A DNA stretch of 64,000 bases from Opitutales bacterium. GTDB lineage: Bacteria > Verrucomicrobiota > Verrucomicrobiia > Opitutales > UBA2987. The number at the start of each line of letters is the position of its first letter. Within the stretch, counting starts at the first letter, position 1. Location: contig CBDDEL010000016.1 in the NCBI GenBank assembly GCA_965226885.1, forward strand, positions 640,001-704,000. The letters are read 5' to 3'. Positions 1 through 10,790 of this stretch are shown in pieces. The notes under the pieces were generated by a model. The model saw only the letters and a list, made by a program, of their open reading frames with translations. It did not search any database and was not told the origin of the DNA. The position numbers were made by a program, and so were the translations under genes.

Positions 1-3000
1 GCCATTTGCTCGCTCTTGTTAAAACAAAAACTGGCGCCGGTCACATTTATTTTGGCCAAAGACCAGAGCCAGTGCGAGCATTGGATTGAAGATCTGATTT
101 TTTTTGATCGAATTTCCAAAAAACAGCTTAACATTGAGACGCACCTTCTCCCCGATCTTACTGGTGGGTCGAGGGACGATCCGCACTATTTTAACCAGGA
201 ATGCGATCGACTGGCCGCCCTTACGCGACTAAACGACTGCCGCCTATTAACGGAGCCACAGCATCCGCTGGTCATTTTGGCCACTCCGCGCGGCTTGTTT
301 CAACCGTTTCCGCACCGAAAAAACCTCGCGGCGCTGGAAATTCGCCTTCGGTCGGGCCAAGAATTTCCATTTGGAAAGCTGGTGAAAAAACTGGAATCGA
401 GTCTGCGCTACGATTGCGAGGCACTCTGTGAAACCCCCGGGCAATATGCCGTGCGAGGAGGATTGGTCGATGTTTATCCCGTTAATGCCGATCAACCCTA
501 CCGCATTGATTTTTTCGGCGATGAAATCGAGGAAATCCGGGCTTTCGATCCAACCACCCAGCTCTCTCTGGAAAGTGTTACGGAGGTGGTTGTGGCGGCC
601 TTGCCCAAAGGGGTGCAACAGGAAAGGGAAAATCATTTTTTCGATTATTTGGGGGACGCCGTCCACTGGATACTATGGGAGCCAGCGGTCCTGGCAGAAG
701 CATTCCCTGCCTATTTTCCCGAAACTCAGGTGGCCATGGCGGCCATTTCGGGATTCCCTCAACTGCAGGAAAGGCGCGAGGCATTTCCGGATCGTTGGAC
801 TGGCTTGACGGAAATCGATGCGACGAATCCACTTTTCGGGCCCGATTGCCCACGCAATACCTGCGAGACGGAGCCATTAAGCAGTTACCGGACTTTTATC
901 CCGGAAGCGGATTTCGGGCTGGGAAGAGTCGAGGCCGAGCAGGAGGCGCGCTTGCAATTTCTGAAACAGGCGCTCGATTGGCAGCAGGAGGGGTTCAACA
1001 TCCTCTACGCGGCGATAAACGATGGCCGGGAAAAGCGGTTTAAATCTATCCTTGAATCGGAACCGGAATTGGCCGAGTTGAAACCGCGGTATGTTCGTGG
1101 TGAAATCAGCGAAGGATTCCTCCTTTTTTTTCCCGAAGCTAACAACGCATTTGCACCCGAAAGCGAGGAGACACCCGCTAGCAAAGGCATCGTTTTTTTA
1201 AGCGACACGGAAATATTCGGACGTTTCCGCAAACGTCCCGTAGGGTTGCGGCGCAGGCGACTTCCCCACCGCGCCCAGGTCGATCAAATGCTGAATTTTT
1301 CCGATTTGGCGCAAGGCGATCTACTGGTCCATCTGCAGCACGGCATATGCCAGTATGGCGGCCTCACCCAGCTGAACATAGAAGAAAAAGACAGGGAGGT
1401 CATTTCGCTCGAATTTGAAGACGGGATAATCCTGCATGTGCCTTTGCACGAATCACACCTGCTTACGCGATACGTCGGGTTGACCAAGGCGAGGCCGAGA
1501 TTGGGCCGGTTGGGGGCCGGCGCCTGGAACAGAACCCGCCGGGCAGCGGAAAAAGCGACCCTTGATTATGCTGCCGAAATGCTCCAGTTGCAGGCCCGGC
1601 GTGAAACCATAAAAGGGCATGCCTTTCCCCCCGACGGTCAATGGCAGCAAGAGTTCGAGGAATCGTTCCCTTTTCAGGAAACGCCCGACCAGGCCATGGC
1701 AATCGCCGAAACCAAGGCCGATATGGAATTAGAGCAGACAACGGACAGGCTCATCTGCGGCGATGTCGGTTACGGGAAAACGGAAGTAGCTTTAAGGGCC
1801 GCCTTCAAATCCGTTATGGACGGCAAGCAGGTGGCCGTGCTGGTCCCCACAACCATCCTGGCGCAGCAGCACTGGAACACCTTTCTGGAAAGAATGGCGG
1901 CCTATCCCATCATCATTGAAATGCTCAGCCGTTTTCGCACTAAAAAGCAGCAGATCGAAATCCTCGATCATCTGCAATCCGGCAAAGTGGACATCCTCAT
2001 CGGCACGCACCGTTTATTGAGCGGCGATGTCCGGTTCAAGGATCTGGGCATACTGATTGTGGACGAGGAACATCGATTCGGCGTCAAACATAAAGAAAAG
2101 CTGAAACAGCTGCGGGAAAACGTGGATGTGTTTTCCATGAGCGCCACCCCCATTCCGCGCACCTTATACTTGTCCCTCATGGGGGCTAGAAAAATGAGCC
2201 TGATCGAAACGCCCCCCATAGACCGTTTGCCCATCCACACGATAGTAAAAAACTACGATCCGAAATTGGTAAAAGAAGCCATTGAGTTTGAAGTCTCCCG
2301 CGGCGGGCAGGTATTTTATTTGCACAACCGGGTCCAGACCATCGATTCGGTGGCCATGCGGCTGCAGGAGATGTTTCCCAAAATGAATATCGCGGTGGGC
2401 CATGGGCAGATGTCGGAAACTTTCCTGGAAAGAATAATGACCCGGTTCGTGGCGGGCGAATTCGATATCCTGGTTTGCACCACCATCATTGAATCGGGGC
2501 TGGATATACCCAACTGCAATACCATCATCATCGAGGGAGCGGACCGTTTTGGATTGTCCCAGCTTTACCAGTTGCGGGGTCGAGTGGGCCGCAGCAAACG
2601 CCAGGCATACGCCTACCTGCTCTTGCACAGGCATTCCCGCCTTGTTGAGCAGGCCCGCAAGAGGCTCAGCGCCATGCGCCAATACAATCGGCTGGGCGCG
2701 GGCTTCAAGATAGCCATGCGGGACCTCGAGCTGCGAGGGGCCGGCAACCTTCTGGGCACACGACAAAGCGGCCATATTGCCGGCATCGGCTTCGAACTTT
2801 ACTGCCAATTATTAAAGCAGAGCATTGCGCGTCTGAAAGGTGGAAAGGGCGCTGCCAGAATCCGGGCCACGATACGCCTCGATTTTGTCACCCTGGGCGG
2901 CGGTTTCAAAACGGAAAACGAAGAGACACCCATCGGTTTTGCCATCCTCAAAGAGGAGGAATTGGCCCGCGAACGGATTGGGTTGCAAGCCGCAGGCATA

Positions 3001-3384
3001 CCCCGGGATTACATCGACGAAACCCAGTTGCGGATCGATGTTCACCGCCAATTGGCCCTGGCGGACTCTGTTAAAGTCGTTAAGGCAATCCGGGCTGCGT
3101 TGAAAGATCGGTTCGGCCCCTACCCAGCCGAAGTGGAAGCCCTGCTCCTCGTCACCGAAATCAGGTGTCTGGCCGAAGCCAAAAACATTCTCCAGGTATC
3201 GAGCGAAGGAAATCGGCTCAAGTGTTTGAAAGCCAGCGGCCTATCCAACAATTACCTGAAACGGGGCAATCGTTTTCCCCGCCTGGCCCGGCGAACCCCA
3301 CTCCCCCGCCTGAAGGAAGTGCGCGATTTTCTAAAAAAACTGTCGGCACCTGAAACCTCCATCCACCCCGTATTACCTACTTGA
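1..3384 (+). CDS. mfd: Transcription-repair coupling factor Mfd (5' end probably outside the window)
   Basis: UvrB-like N-terminus (GQYAVRGGLVDVYP), CarD/RID region (GDLLVHLQHGI), RecG-like helicase motifs (GDVGYGKT, DEEH, QLRGRVGR), TRG motif (RDLELRGAGNLLG). The frame is open back to base 1. Confidence 0.97.
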   Translation, partial: AICSLLLKQKLAPVTFILAKDQSQCEHWIEDLIFFDRISKKQLNIETHLLPDLTGGSRDDPHYFNQECDRLAALTRLNDCRLLTEPQHPLVILATPRGLFQPFPHRKNLAALEIRLRSGQEFPFGKLVKKLESSLRYDCEALCETPGQYAVRGGLVDVYPVNADQPYRIDFFGDEIEEIRAFDPTTQLSLESVTEVVVAALPKGVQQERENHFFDYLGDAVHWILWEPAVLAEAFPAYFPETQVAMAAISGFPQLQERREAFPDRWTGLTEIDATNPLFGPDCPRNTCETEPLSSYRTFIPEADFGLGRVEAEQEARLQFLKQALDWQQEGFNILYAAINDGREKRFKSILESEPELAELKPRYVRGEISEGFLLFFPEANNAFAPESEETPASKGIVFLSDTEIFGRFRKRPVGLRRRRLPHRAQVDQMLNFSDLAQGDLLVHLQHGICQYGGLTQLNIEEKDREVISLEFEDGIILHVPLHESHLLTRYVGLTKARPRLGRLGAGAWNRTRRAAEKATLDYAAEMLQLQARRETIKGHAFPPDGQWQQEFEESFPFQETPDQAMAIAETKADMELEQTTDRLICGDVGYGKTEVALRAAFKSVMDGKQVAVLVPTTILAQQHWNTFLERMAAYPIIIEMLSRFRTKKQQIEILDHLQSGKVDILIGTHRLLSGDVRFKDLGILIVDEEHRFGVKHKEKLKQLRENVDVFSMSATPIPRTLYLSLMGARKMSLIETPPIDRLPIHTIVKNYDPKLVKEAIEFEVSRGGQVFYLHNRVQTIDSVAMRLQEMFPKMNIAVGHGQMSETFLERIMTRFVAGEFDILVCTTIIESGLDIPNCNTIIIEGADRFGLSQLYQLRGRVGRSKRQAYAYLLLHRHSRLVEQARKRLSAMRQYNRLGAGFKIAMRDLELRGAGNLLGTRQSGHIAGIGFELYCQLLKQSIARLKGGKGAARIRATIRLDFVTLGGGFKTENEETPIGFAILKEEELARERIGLQAAGIPRDYIDETQLRIDVHRQLALADSVKVVKAIRAALKDRFGPYPAEVEALLLVTEIRCLAEAKNILQVSSEGNRLKCLKASGLSNNYLKRGNRFPRLARRTPLPRLKEVRDFLKKLSAPETSIHPVLPT

Positions 3385-3438
3385 CCTCATTGCCTACACT
3401 CCTTTTAAGCTACAAGGTTAAAAAAAGAGTTATCGAAG

Positions 3439-4437
3439 ATGCACTTCTCAACAAACCGTTCCCTGATTCTGTGCCTATGTTCCACATTGGCGTTTTTTGC
3501 TCCGCTGGCCGGGCAAATCGCTCATAACATTTGGGAACCCCCCCTCAAGCATGGTATCGCCGCGGTGGTTGAAGACCGTATCATTACCTACGAGGAGATT
3601 CGCCGCCAAATGTCCCCCCTAATCGGGCGCATTCAGCAGGACTCCCGCAGCGCCGCCGAATTTCAGCGCAATATGGAGGAACTCTACCTCGAGGTTTTGC
3701 AAAGTCTTGTTGATAACATATTAGTTATCAAAGATTTTCAAAGCGAGGAAGAACGCGTTATTCCTCGTTCCTATGTCGAAAACGAATATGACCGCATATT
3801 AATCGAGGATTTCGGCAACGACAGGCGCAAATTTCTCGAAAGCCTGCGCAAAGAAGGCAAAAACCCACGGGAATTCCGTAGGGACCTGGAGGAACAGATC
3901 ATCGTCAGCGTGATGAGTCAACAAATGCGCAAATCCCAGTCCGAGATCAGCCCGGAAAAAATTGAGGACTTTTACAACCAGAATAAAATCCATTTTTACC
4001 AGGAAGAAAGCGTTCACTTGCGCTTGATCATGCTCAAGCCTTTTGCCGACGAAAGCAGCGACCTGCTTCGCCAAACCGCCGACAAAGTAATGGCGGAACT
4101 GGATTCAGAAGAGCCCTTCGCAAAAGTGGCGGAGAATTTCAGCCAGGATTCCCGGCGCAAAAAAGGCGGCGATTGGGGTTGGATCAACCGCCCGGATTTA
4201 CGCGATGAGTTGAGCGAAGTGGCCTTCTCGCTGAAAAAGGAAACCTACAGCCAGCCCATTCCGCTCGGCCAGCAATTTTATATTTTATATGTCGAGGACC
4301 GGCGCGATGAAGGAATCCAGCCGCTGAATGAAGTACGCGACCGCATTGAAAACATTCTTGCTGGTAAGCTGGCCCGTCAGGCCCAAAAACGCTGGAAAGA
4401 ACGCCTCCGCAAGAACGCTTTTGTCAAATATTACTGA
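3439..4437 (+). CDS. SurA/PrsA-like parvulin peptidyl-prolyl isomerase
   Basis: Signal peptide, SurA N-domain (IAAVVEDRIIT), rotamase motif (FAKVAENFSQD..KKGGDWGW); the mfd-surA order is common. Confidence 0.9.
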   Translation: MHFSTNRSLILCLCSTLAFFAPLAGQIAHNIWEPPLKHGIAAVVEDRIITYEEIRRQMSPLIGRIQQDSRSAAEFQRNMEELYLEVLQSLVDNILVIKDFQSEEERVIPRSYVENEYDRILIEDFGNDRRKFLESLRKEGKNPREFRRDLEEQIIVSVMSQQMRKSQSEISPEKIEDFYNQNKIHFYQEESVHLRLIMLKPFADESSDLLRQTADKVMAELDSEEPFAKVAENFSQDSRRKKGGDWGWINRPDLRDELSEVAFSLKKETYSQPIPLGQQFYILYVEDRRDEGIQPLNEVRDRIENILAGKLARQAQKRWKERLRKNAFVKYY

Positions 4438-4550
4438 TACCCACTGGGTAACGAAAATAGCGGGCATTCCCTGAATTTTCAGGCTTCTGTAGCCCGGCGC
4501 TTGAATTGGTTTGCCAAAAGCAAATGCCTGCACATACGCTCCCGGCGGTT

Positions 4551-5270
4551 ATGAACAAGCCGTACACCGCCTCCCTGCGCCTACGCGACCTGGCCGTCAA
4601 CGAACGTCCCCAGGAAAGATTGGAAAAACACGGCCCCGCAGCGCTCAGCGATACGGAACTACTCGCCATGTTATTGCGCAGCGGAAGCAAAGGTATGGAT
4701 GTGCTTTCACTCTCCTCCCTCATCATTTCCGAAGCGGGTTCCCTGGCCGGTCTCCTTACCTGGTCGGATTCCGATTTTAAAAAGCTCAAAGGGATCGGGA
4801 AGGTCAAGGCTTTGCAATTAATTACCGTCATGGAGATGGCCCGCCGCATCCTCACGGACGACCGGGATAATCCACCCAATTTTACCAACCCGGAGGAGGT
4901 TTACCGCCATTTTACTCCATTGACCGCGGGTCTCGAGGTGGAAAAATTCTGGGTTCTCTGCCTCAACCGCAAAAACCGCCTGATCAAACGCATAGAAGTT
5001 ACCTCGGGCACGGCCACTACCAGCCTGGCCCACCCCCGCGAAGTTTACCGCGAAGCCATCCGCCTGAGCGCTTCGGGAATTATCTGCGCCCACAATCATC
5101 CCAGCGGAGACCCCGCCCCCAGCCTGGCGGACCTGAAAATTACACGCCTCCTTCGGGATGCGGCCAAAACGGTGGAAATCGACCTGCTCGGCCACGTCAT
5201 CATCGGCCGGCCCAAAAGCGATCCGCTGGGCAAAGGCTACTACAGTTTCAACGAATCGGGAAATATTTGA
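4551..5270 (+). CDS. radC: RadC / UPF0758 JAB-domain protein
   Basis: ERPQERL..GPAALSDTELLA, HhH (LKGIGKVKA), HPREVY and HNHPSGDPAPS motifs. Start taken at ATG 4551. Confidence 0.95.
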   Translation: MNKPYTASLRLRDLAVNERPQERLEKHGPAALSDTELLAMLLRSGSKGMDVLSLSSLIISEAGSLAGLLTWSDSDFKKLKGIGKVKALQLITVMEMARRILTDDRDNPPNFTNPEEVYRHFTPLTAGLEVEKFWVLCLNRKNRLIKRIEVTSGTATTSLAHPREVYREAIRLSASGIICAHNHPSGDPAPSLADLKITRLLRDAAKTVEIDLLGHVIIGRPKSDPLGKGYYSFNESGNI

Positions 5271-5477
5271 GACGTCCCGGGGCGCCACCCGCTCCGGCTC
5301 CGGCCAAGGCTTTCCCCTCCTGCGTCCGCGGCCTGGGCCTGGGCGCTGCCTATAAACCCAACTACGCACCAACCCATCCCCATAGCGAGAATACCTTTCC
5401 ACTGTTTGAGTAACATTCTTCCGCCGCCCATAAAACGGCTCCACTGTCGTTTTTTGCTTCATGCTTCATAGGCCGCC

Positions 5478-5506
5478 ACTATACAGCAAAACGCAAAAAA
5501 CGTCAA
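5478..5506 (-). promoter_or_regulatory. Sigma70-type promoter TTGACG-N17-TATAGT
   Basis: Minus strand reads ttgacg ttttttgcgttttgctg tatagt, with an exact 17-bp spacer. Confidence 0.6.
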
Positions 5507-5658
5507 TGGATAGGTTGGCTCCGTTTGATGCGTTTGATTAAACTTCGATTTTCGGGGTATTTTTCGCCAAAAACCCAAATTTCACCCAAAATACAGCCAT
5601 CCAACAGATAAAAATCCACCAAAAGCCAAAAAACAAAAAAAACTTCAACTCCTAACAT

Positions 5659-5717
5659 CTGTACCGAGCGAAGCGACATCCTTCAACCTGACACCTGTAC
5701 CGAGCGAAGCGACATCC
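5659..5717. repeat. Two copies of the 23-bp CTGTACCGAGCGAAGCGACATCC, 36-bp period
   Basis: Identical units at 5659-5681 and 5695-5717. Confidence 0.85.
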
Positions 5718-5746
5718 CTCAATCTCCATCCAGCATCAAGCATCCC

Positions 5747-5820
5747 TGATGTGCACTGGAAAAAGTGGACACGAGATTCTCCTAAATGGAGAATCGAAGC
5801 ATCGGAAGAAGACGCTTTAG
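5747..5820 (+). mobile_element. IS3-family left-end stub truncated by IS1380
   Basis: TGATGTGCACTGGAAAAAGTGGACACGAGATTCTCC... matches the reverse complement of the IS3 end at ~57245-57333. Confidence 0.9.
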
Positions 5821-7387
5821 CCCGGATATTTCATGAAGGGTAAAGTTTGGCTCGTTATTGCTATTGGAGATGGATTTCTTTGTATTTTGAGCAGATCGTC
5901 TTGATTTTTAGGTGTTTTTCAGGGTGTAGAGACACTGCCCCCTTTCCCCCATTGGTTCGGTAGTGCCGGGGGCAGCACCAATGCACCCTTTAGGTTGGCA
6001 CCAATCGGCGGGCCGCATGGTTGAAAAGACTGGCCCAAGGATAACTCTCACTTAGGTGAAAGTGAATCGTTCGGGTGTTGCGCACGATGACCGCTCCGAT
6101 CTTGATTAATTTGAGCCGCAGGGTGTGGCATTGGGCCCGCGCCCACTTCGTCCCTTTTAAGGCTAACCGGCGCATGGCTTCCATCAAGGTGTAGGCCAGC
6201 GCCGACAAGAGCAATCGCCACTGATTGGCCCACCATTGATGGGCGCTGGTGCGCTCGCTGAACAATTGCATCTGTTCCTTGATTCGGTTCTCCATTTCAC
6301 CGCGGCCACAGTATACCTTGTCGTAAAGCTCCTGGGGATCGCCCGGCAGGTTCGTCACCACGAAGCGCGGGTTGGACCCCTGTGCGGTGTGTTCGGCTTT
6401 ATGGATGACCAACCGCAGCCATCGCCACGAATCGGCAGCATAGACGAAGTCCTGGAATAACCGTTGTTTTTTACCCCTTAGTTCGAACCATTCTTTGGCC
6501 TGCTTTTGCAACTGCTGGGCGTCTTGCTGCAAGCGTGCATTGCGAGCCATCCCCACGATGTAACTAACTTCGTTGCGGTCGCACCAAGAGAGTATCCGGT
6601 CTCGACAAAATCCACTGTCGGCGCGCCAAATAATCCGCTTACGGGGCCAGCTTTGGCGAATCCGTTTAACCAGCAATTTGAGGATGGCCCCGGCATGCTT
6701 GCTGGCATCGATCTTGCTCGGCCGCAGGTAGGCCACCAGCAGCTGATCACCGCAAAAAACATATAGCGGCAGAAAACAGTAATGATCATAATAACCGTGG
6801 AAAAAACGTCCCTCCTGGAGCCCGTGCACCGGATTGTCGGTGGCGTCAAAGTCCAGGATGATCTCTTCGGGTTCCTCGGCAAAGGAGCCCATGAACTGTT
6901 CGACCAACAGCTCGTTTACCGCAAAGGCCGCCCGCCGATCCTGCCCGTTTTCAAAACGACACAAAGTCGGCGCGCTGGCCAACGTTTCAATGCGCCCCGT
7001 TACCGTTTGCAACAATGGATCGTGGCGCAGGGTATCAAAGTCGTTCAAATCCTCATAGCCCGCCACCAGCCCGTAAACGCGCTGCCGCAGCATCCCCAAT
7101 ACCTCATGGCGTACTTTGCCCTTCTGCCGTTTGTCCACTAACTGTCGGGCCGCTCGTTCGGTCAAGCCCAACTGCCGATCCACTTCCCGGATCAAAAGCA
7201 GTCCGGCATCCGAAGTAACCTCTCCGCCCTTGAAATCAACCCGCACACGGCGGCCTTTTACCCTTGTCAACTGTAGCTTTAATTGTTTACCTTTTGTCAT
7301 CGCTGATATTGCTTTAATTATTGATCTATCCTGCTGTATATCAGCAGTTAAGCATATCAACGATACTTTTTTTACGAAATATCCGGG
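5821..7387 (-). mobile_element. IS1380-family element, variant A, copy 1 (transposase 7300..5990)
   Basis: TIR CCCGGATATTTC; IS1380 DDE motifs (TSDAGLLL, LDFDATD, RADSGF, RGEMENRIKE); 1567 bp; flanks TTAG/CTAA are not a direct repeat. Confidence 0.95.
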
Positions 7388-7519
7388 CTAATGCACAACG
7401 AAAACATTCATACGCATATTGATCATTATTTTTCGGGATCAAAAGAAATCAATGTTCATAATTCATACTTTGTCGGATTTTGTTGTTATACAGCGGGTGA
7501 AATTTTTGCAAAAATAAAT

Positions 7520-10132
7520 TTAATAACGCCAGCCGAGGAGTTTCCAGTAGTTGAGGAACCAGAGAAATTGAACTTCTGTTGCAGTGGTTAGAATTATTGC
7601 GATCAAGCCCATGAGGGTAAAAGTTTCAGGAGATATTCCGATTAATGTCAGGCGCCCCAATGTCAATAAACAGGAGAGGGCGCCGAGGATAGGCAGGTAG
7701 AGTGTCAGCCCGACTGAGATCGGCACGTCTTCGGTCACTTTATAGGCTCCTCGGGCGGTCAGGATGGTCATTGCGCTGATGAAACCCAAATTGGCCGCAC
7801 AGGTGATTAAGAGCCCCCAAATGACGGCGGATGGCAGAAAGAGCGTTTCTTTCAAGATATTGATAATAAAGAATAATCCTCCCACCGAAAACAGCGTTAT
7901 GCAAGCAACGGCATAACCGTTATGGGCCTTGCGAGATTCGAGAATGGAGATTTTTTCATAACGATCGCGGCCTCCCGCATACAGTTCGCTAATGCGGTTA
8001 GCCTGGTTGCGAATAAATCCGATGCGTGTTCGACGCTGGCAACTCGTGAATATATCCCTTTCCTCATGCTCATAATTTTCTCCAGAGATCATCAAACGAT
8101 TTTTTGCGGCATCGAATGCTACCTTTAACTCCTCGCCCTCTTTGCCGAGCATGGCCGAGCTTTTGCCGAAGTGGTGGTGAGGATACCAGGAGTGCCTATA
8201 AATTCCGCAATAGTTTTCAATACCGTTTGCCGGTTGACGCGTCGTTTTTTTACCGGTTCGCTTTTGCTCAAAAGAGTGCGAAAAGGCAAAGGAGGCGACG
8301 TTGTCAAGAAAATGGCGAAAAACTTTTTTATCGGTGTTATAATAAAGAACGATTCCGATTCCCGCATCGGGGAATATATAAAAACCGGTGCGATGACCCG
8401 GCATGTGGCCGGTATGCCAAGCCACCCTCTCGCCCTGGATTTCATCGAGCCAGAAACTCAATCCCATGCCGGGCACGCCGGGCAGGGGTGAGAATTGTTC
8501 CTCCATCAGAGCTTCCGGCCGGGCCAGAACCATTGATGTTTTTTCCGGATTTAGAAATAACAGTATTAACTGCCTCAATTCTCGAGGCGTTGCCACGAGG
8601 GAGGAAGCCGGATAAGGTTTCCAGTGGCGTAGCGGTAATTGCCGGTGGCGACCGAATATCCAGTTATATCCCGCGGCTAATTCCAACTCCGTCTTTTCAT
8701 CGGGAATGAAGGTGGCTTTATTGGTAGTGTATTAAGTAGGAATGGTGGCTAATTCTTGATTATATTGATGAATGAAAAGTCTCAGACAGGTTTCATGCAT
8801 ACTCTTAAGCTTGGAAAAGGAGAGGGTTTTGCGTGTGAAACGACCCAGTCGTTGGCGCAGGGTATTGTTCCATCGTTCCACATGGGCCGTTTCACCGGTT
8901 TCTTTTCCCACGGATCGGTTATGAGGAAAGACTTCATCATAAGTGCTCCAAAAGTCGCTGTAGGTGGCACATCTTTTGTAGGCCCGTGGCAGACGCTCGT
9001 AAAGTTCCCGGCAACGATACCAATCCCGAGGCCCAATGGCATAGGAGAGGATTTGACGGGTGCGTCGGCAAAGAGCGATCCAAACCCATTGGGCATCGCT
9101 CTTGCGCCCCACAAAAGACCACAGTTCGTCCAGTTCAATGACATCATGGCGGCGGGCCGCAAGAATCGTGCTTTTGAGCGGTCGCAGCGATTGTCGTTTT
9201 TTTTAACCAACTCAAAACGGTGTTGGGACTCACCCCGAAGGCGCGCTGTAAACCGCGTAGACTGCTGCGTTCCTGATAGACTCGAAGGATCATTTCTTTT
9301 TGCTCTTCGGTGTATTTCACTGTGGGGTTTTCGCGGCTTTGTTTACCACAATCATGGCAGCGGTAGCGCTGTTTATGGTTGGGCGTCTTGCCAAATTTAA
9401 TGATATTTTCACTTCCACAGTGCCGACAATTAATAATTTTAGTAACCATGCACTAAGAATAAACTGCCTAACGCTATTTGTACAGCTAAAAATACAAAAT
9501 AACATTCTTTTTTTATACACTCCCGCTTTATTCATGCCCAACGGGTGAAAGATTTTTTCACGGGCATAAACGGCGAAAGACTGTCCGGTTATTTTTTCAA
9601 CTGCCAGTCCGGCCAGGGAAATTCCGAAGTTGGAATAAGTAACGGTTTCATCGATTTTTGCCACCGGCGGCGGCAAGTTTTTTTTCAAATAACCGGAAAG
9701 GTCGGCAATTTCCGCAGCCCGAGGGGTTGATTGCCGGGCAAAGCGCTCGCCGATACCGGCTCGATGAGTGAGGAGGTCGCCCAGTGTAGCCTGCCCGTAA
9801 TTATAAGGAAGAGGCCAATCCAATAAATCGCCAATTTTAGTTTCCAATGTCAAATCGCCCGATTCAACCAACTGCTGCACTGCGATGGCAGTTATAACTT
9901 TGGAGATAGAGCCTGCCCTGATCGGAGTATCCAATTCAAGTTGAACGGCCGGATTGATCTTGGCCAAACCCCAACATTTCTCGAAACCTATGAGATTCCC
10001 TGGCGAAACCAACAGAACCGCCACACCGGGCGCGTGATGCTCCTCCAGAATCGCGGTTGCCTCTTTTTCCAGGAATTGACTCCACTCCTCAGGAGAACGA
10101 GTTTCCGAGCTATCATTTTTTTGCCTATCCAT
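7520..10132 (-). pseudogene. Serine hydrolase (beta-lactamase class C-like) with C-terminal membrane segments, interrupted by IS1
   Basis: SxxK (GSISK), LLTHRAG, YSNFG and HTG motifs. Removing IS1 and one GCTTTATT copy restores the frame ...PLGMNKATFIPDEKTELELAAGYNW... Confidence 0.9.
8723..9524 (-). mobile_element. IS1-family element copy 1 (insA 9449..9144, insB ~9190..8732)
   Basis: TIR GGTAGTGTAT/GGGAGTGTAT, 8-bp target duplication GCTTTATT, InsA zinc finger (CRHC..CHDC), A8C slippery site, InsB ([14 protein letters not shown]). Confidence 0.95.
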
Positions 10133-10238
10133 CCCTAATCATATTGAGTAATAAACACCTCACGGTTCAATGCAATATTCTCAAGAATAATTATTTATTT
10201 GGCCTTTATAGTATGCTGACCTATTAACGCCCCTGATT

Positions 10239-10790
10239 ATGGCTGATTTTTTTAATACTCTCAATGAATCATGGGTGGAGTTTATCAAGGCCCAGAAAGT
10301 ATTTTTCACCGCTACTGCCCCGATTGATGGCAGGATTAATCTTTCGCCCAAAGGAATGGATACTTTTCGTTGCCTGGATGAATCAACCGTAGGGTATCTG
10401 GATTTGACCGGAAGTGGAATCGAGACAACCGCTCACCTTAAAGAAAATGACCGCATGACAATCATGTTTTGCAGTTTTGACGAGAGGCCGGCCATATTGC
10501 GTCTTTATGGCCGAGGTTCCGTTATTTTCCCCGCAGAACCGGATTGGGATAATTACAGCCACCAATTTCCCGATTTGCCGGGTAAAAGGTCCATCATTTT
10601 GATGAAAATCGAGTCGGCCCAGAAATCGTGCGGCTACGCCGTCCCCGTTATGGAATTCAAAAATCAGAGGCAAACACTTATCAAATGGGCCCAGAATAAA
10701 GGTTTGGATGGCCTTCAGAGGTATCGGGAGGAAAATAACGCCATCAGCATCGATAGCGCGCCCAGCGGGTTTAATAAGACTCAGGGCTAA
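10239..10790 (+). CDS. Pyridoxamine 5'-phosphate oxidase-like FMN-binding protein
   Basis: FFTATAP..GRINLSPKG, YLDLTGSG, MFCSF...ILRLYG and SCGYAVP motifs. Confidence 0.88.
   Translation: MADFFNTLNESWVEFIKAQKVFFTATAPIDGRINLSPKGMDTFRCLDESTVGYLDLTGSGIETTAHLKENDRMTIMFCSFDERPAILRLYGRGSVIFPAEPDWDNYSHQFPDLPGKRSIILMKIESAQKSCGYAVPVMEFKNQRQTLIKWAQNKGLDGLQRYREENNAISIDSAPSGFNKTQG

Noticed and set aside
4551..5270. Mobile-element RadC (anti-defence JAB)
   Set aside because: Full-length form with an HhH N-terminus in the mfd-surA context indicates the chromosomal gene.
5659..5717. Mini CRISPR array
   Set aside because: Only two units with a 13-bp gap; no leader or cas genes.
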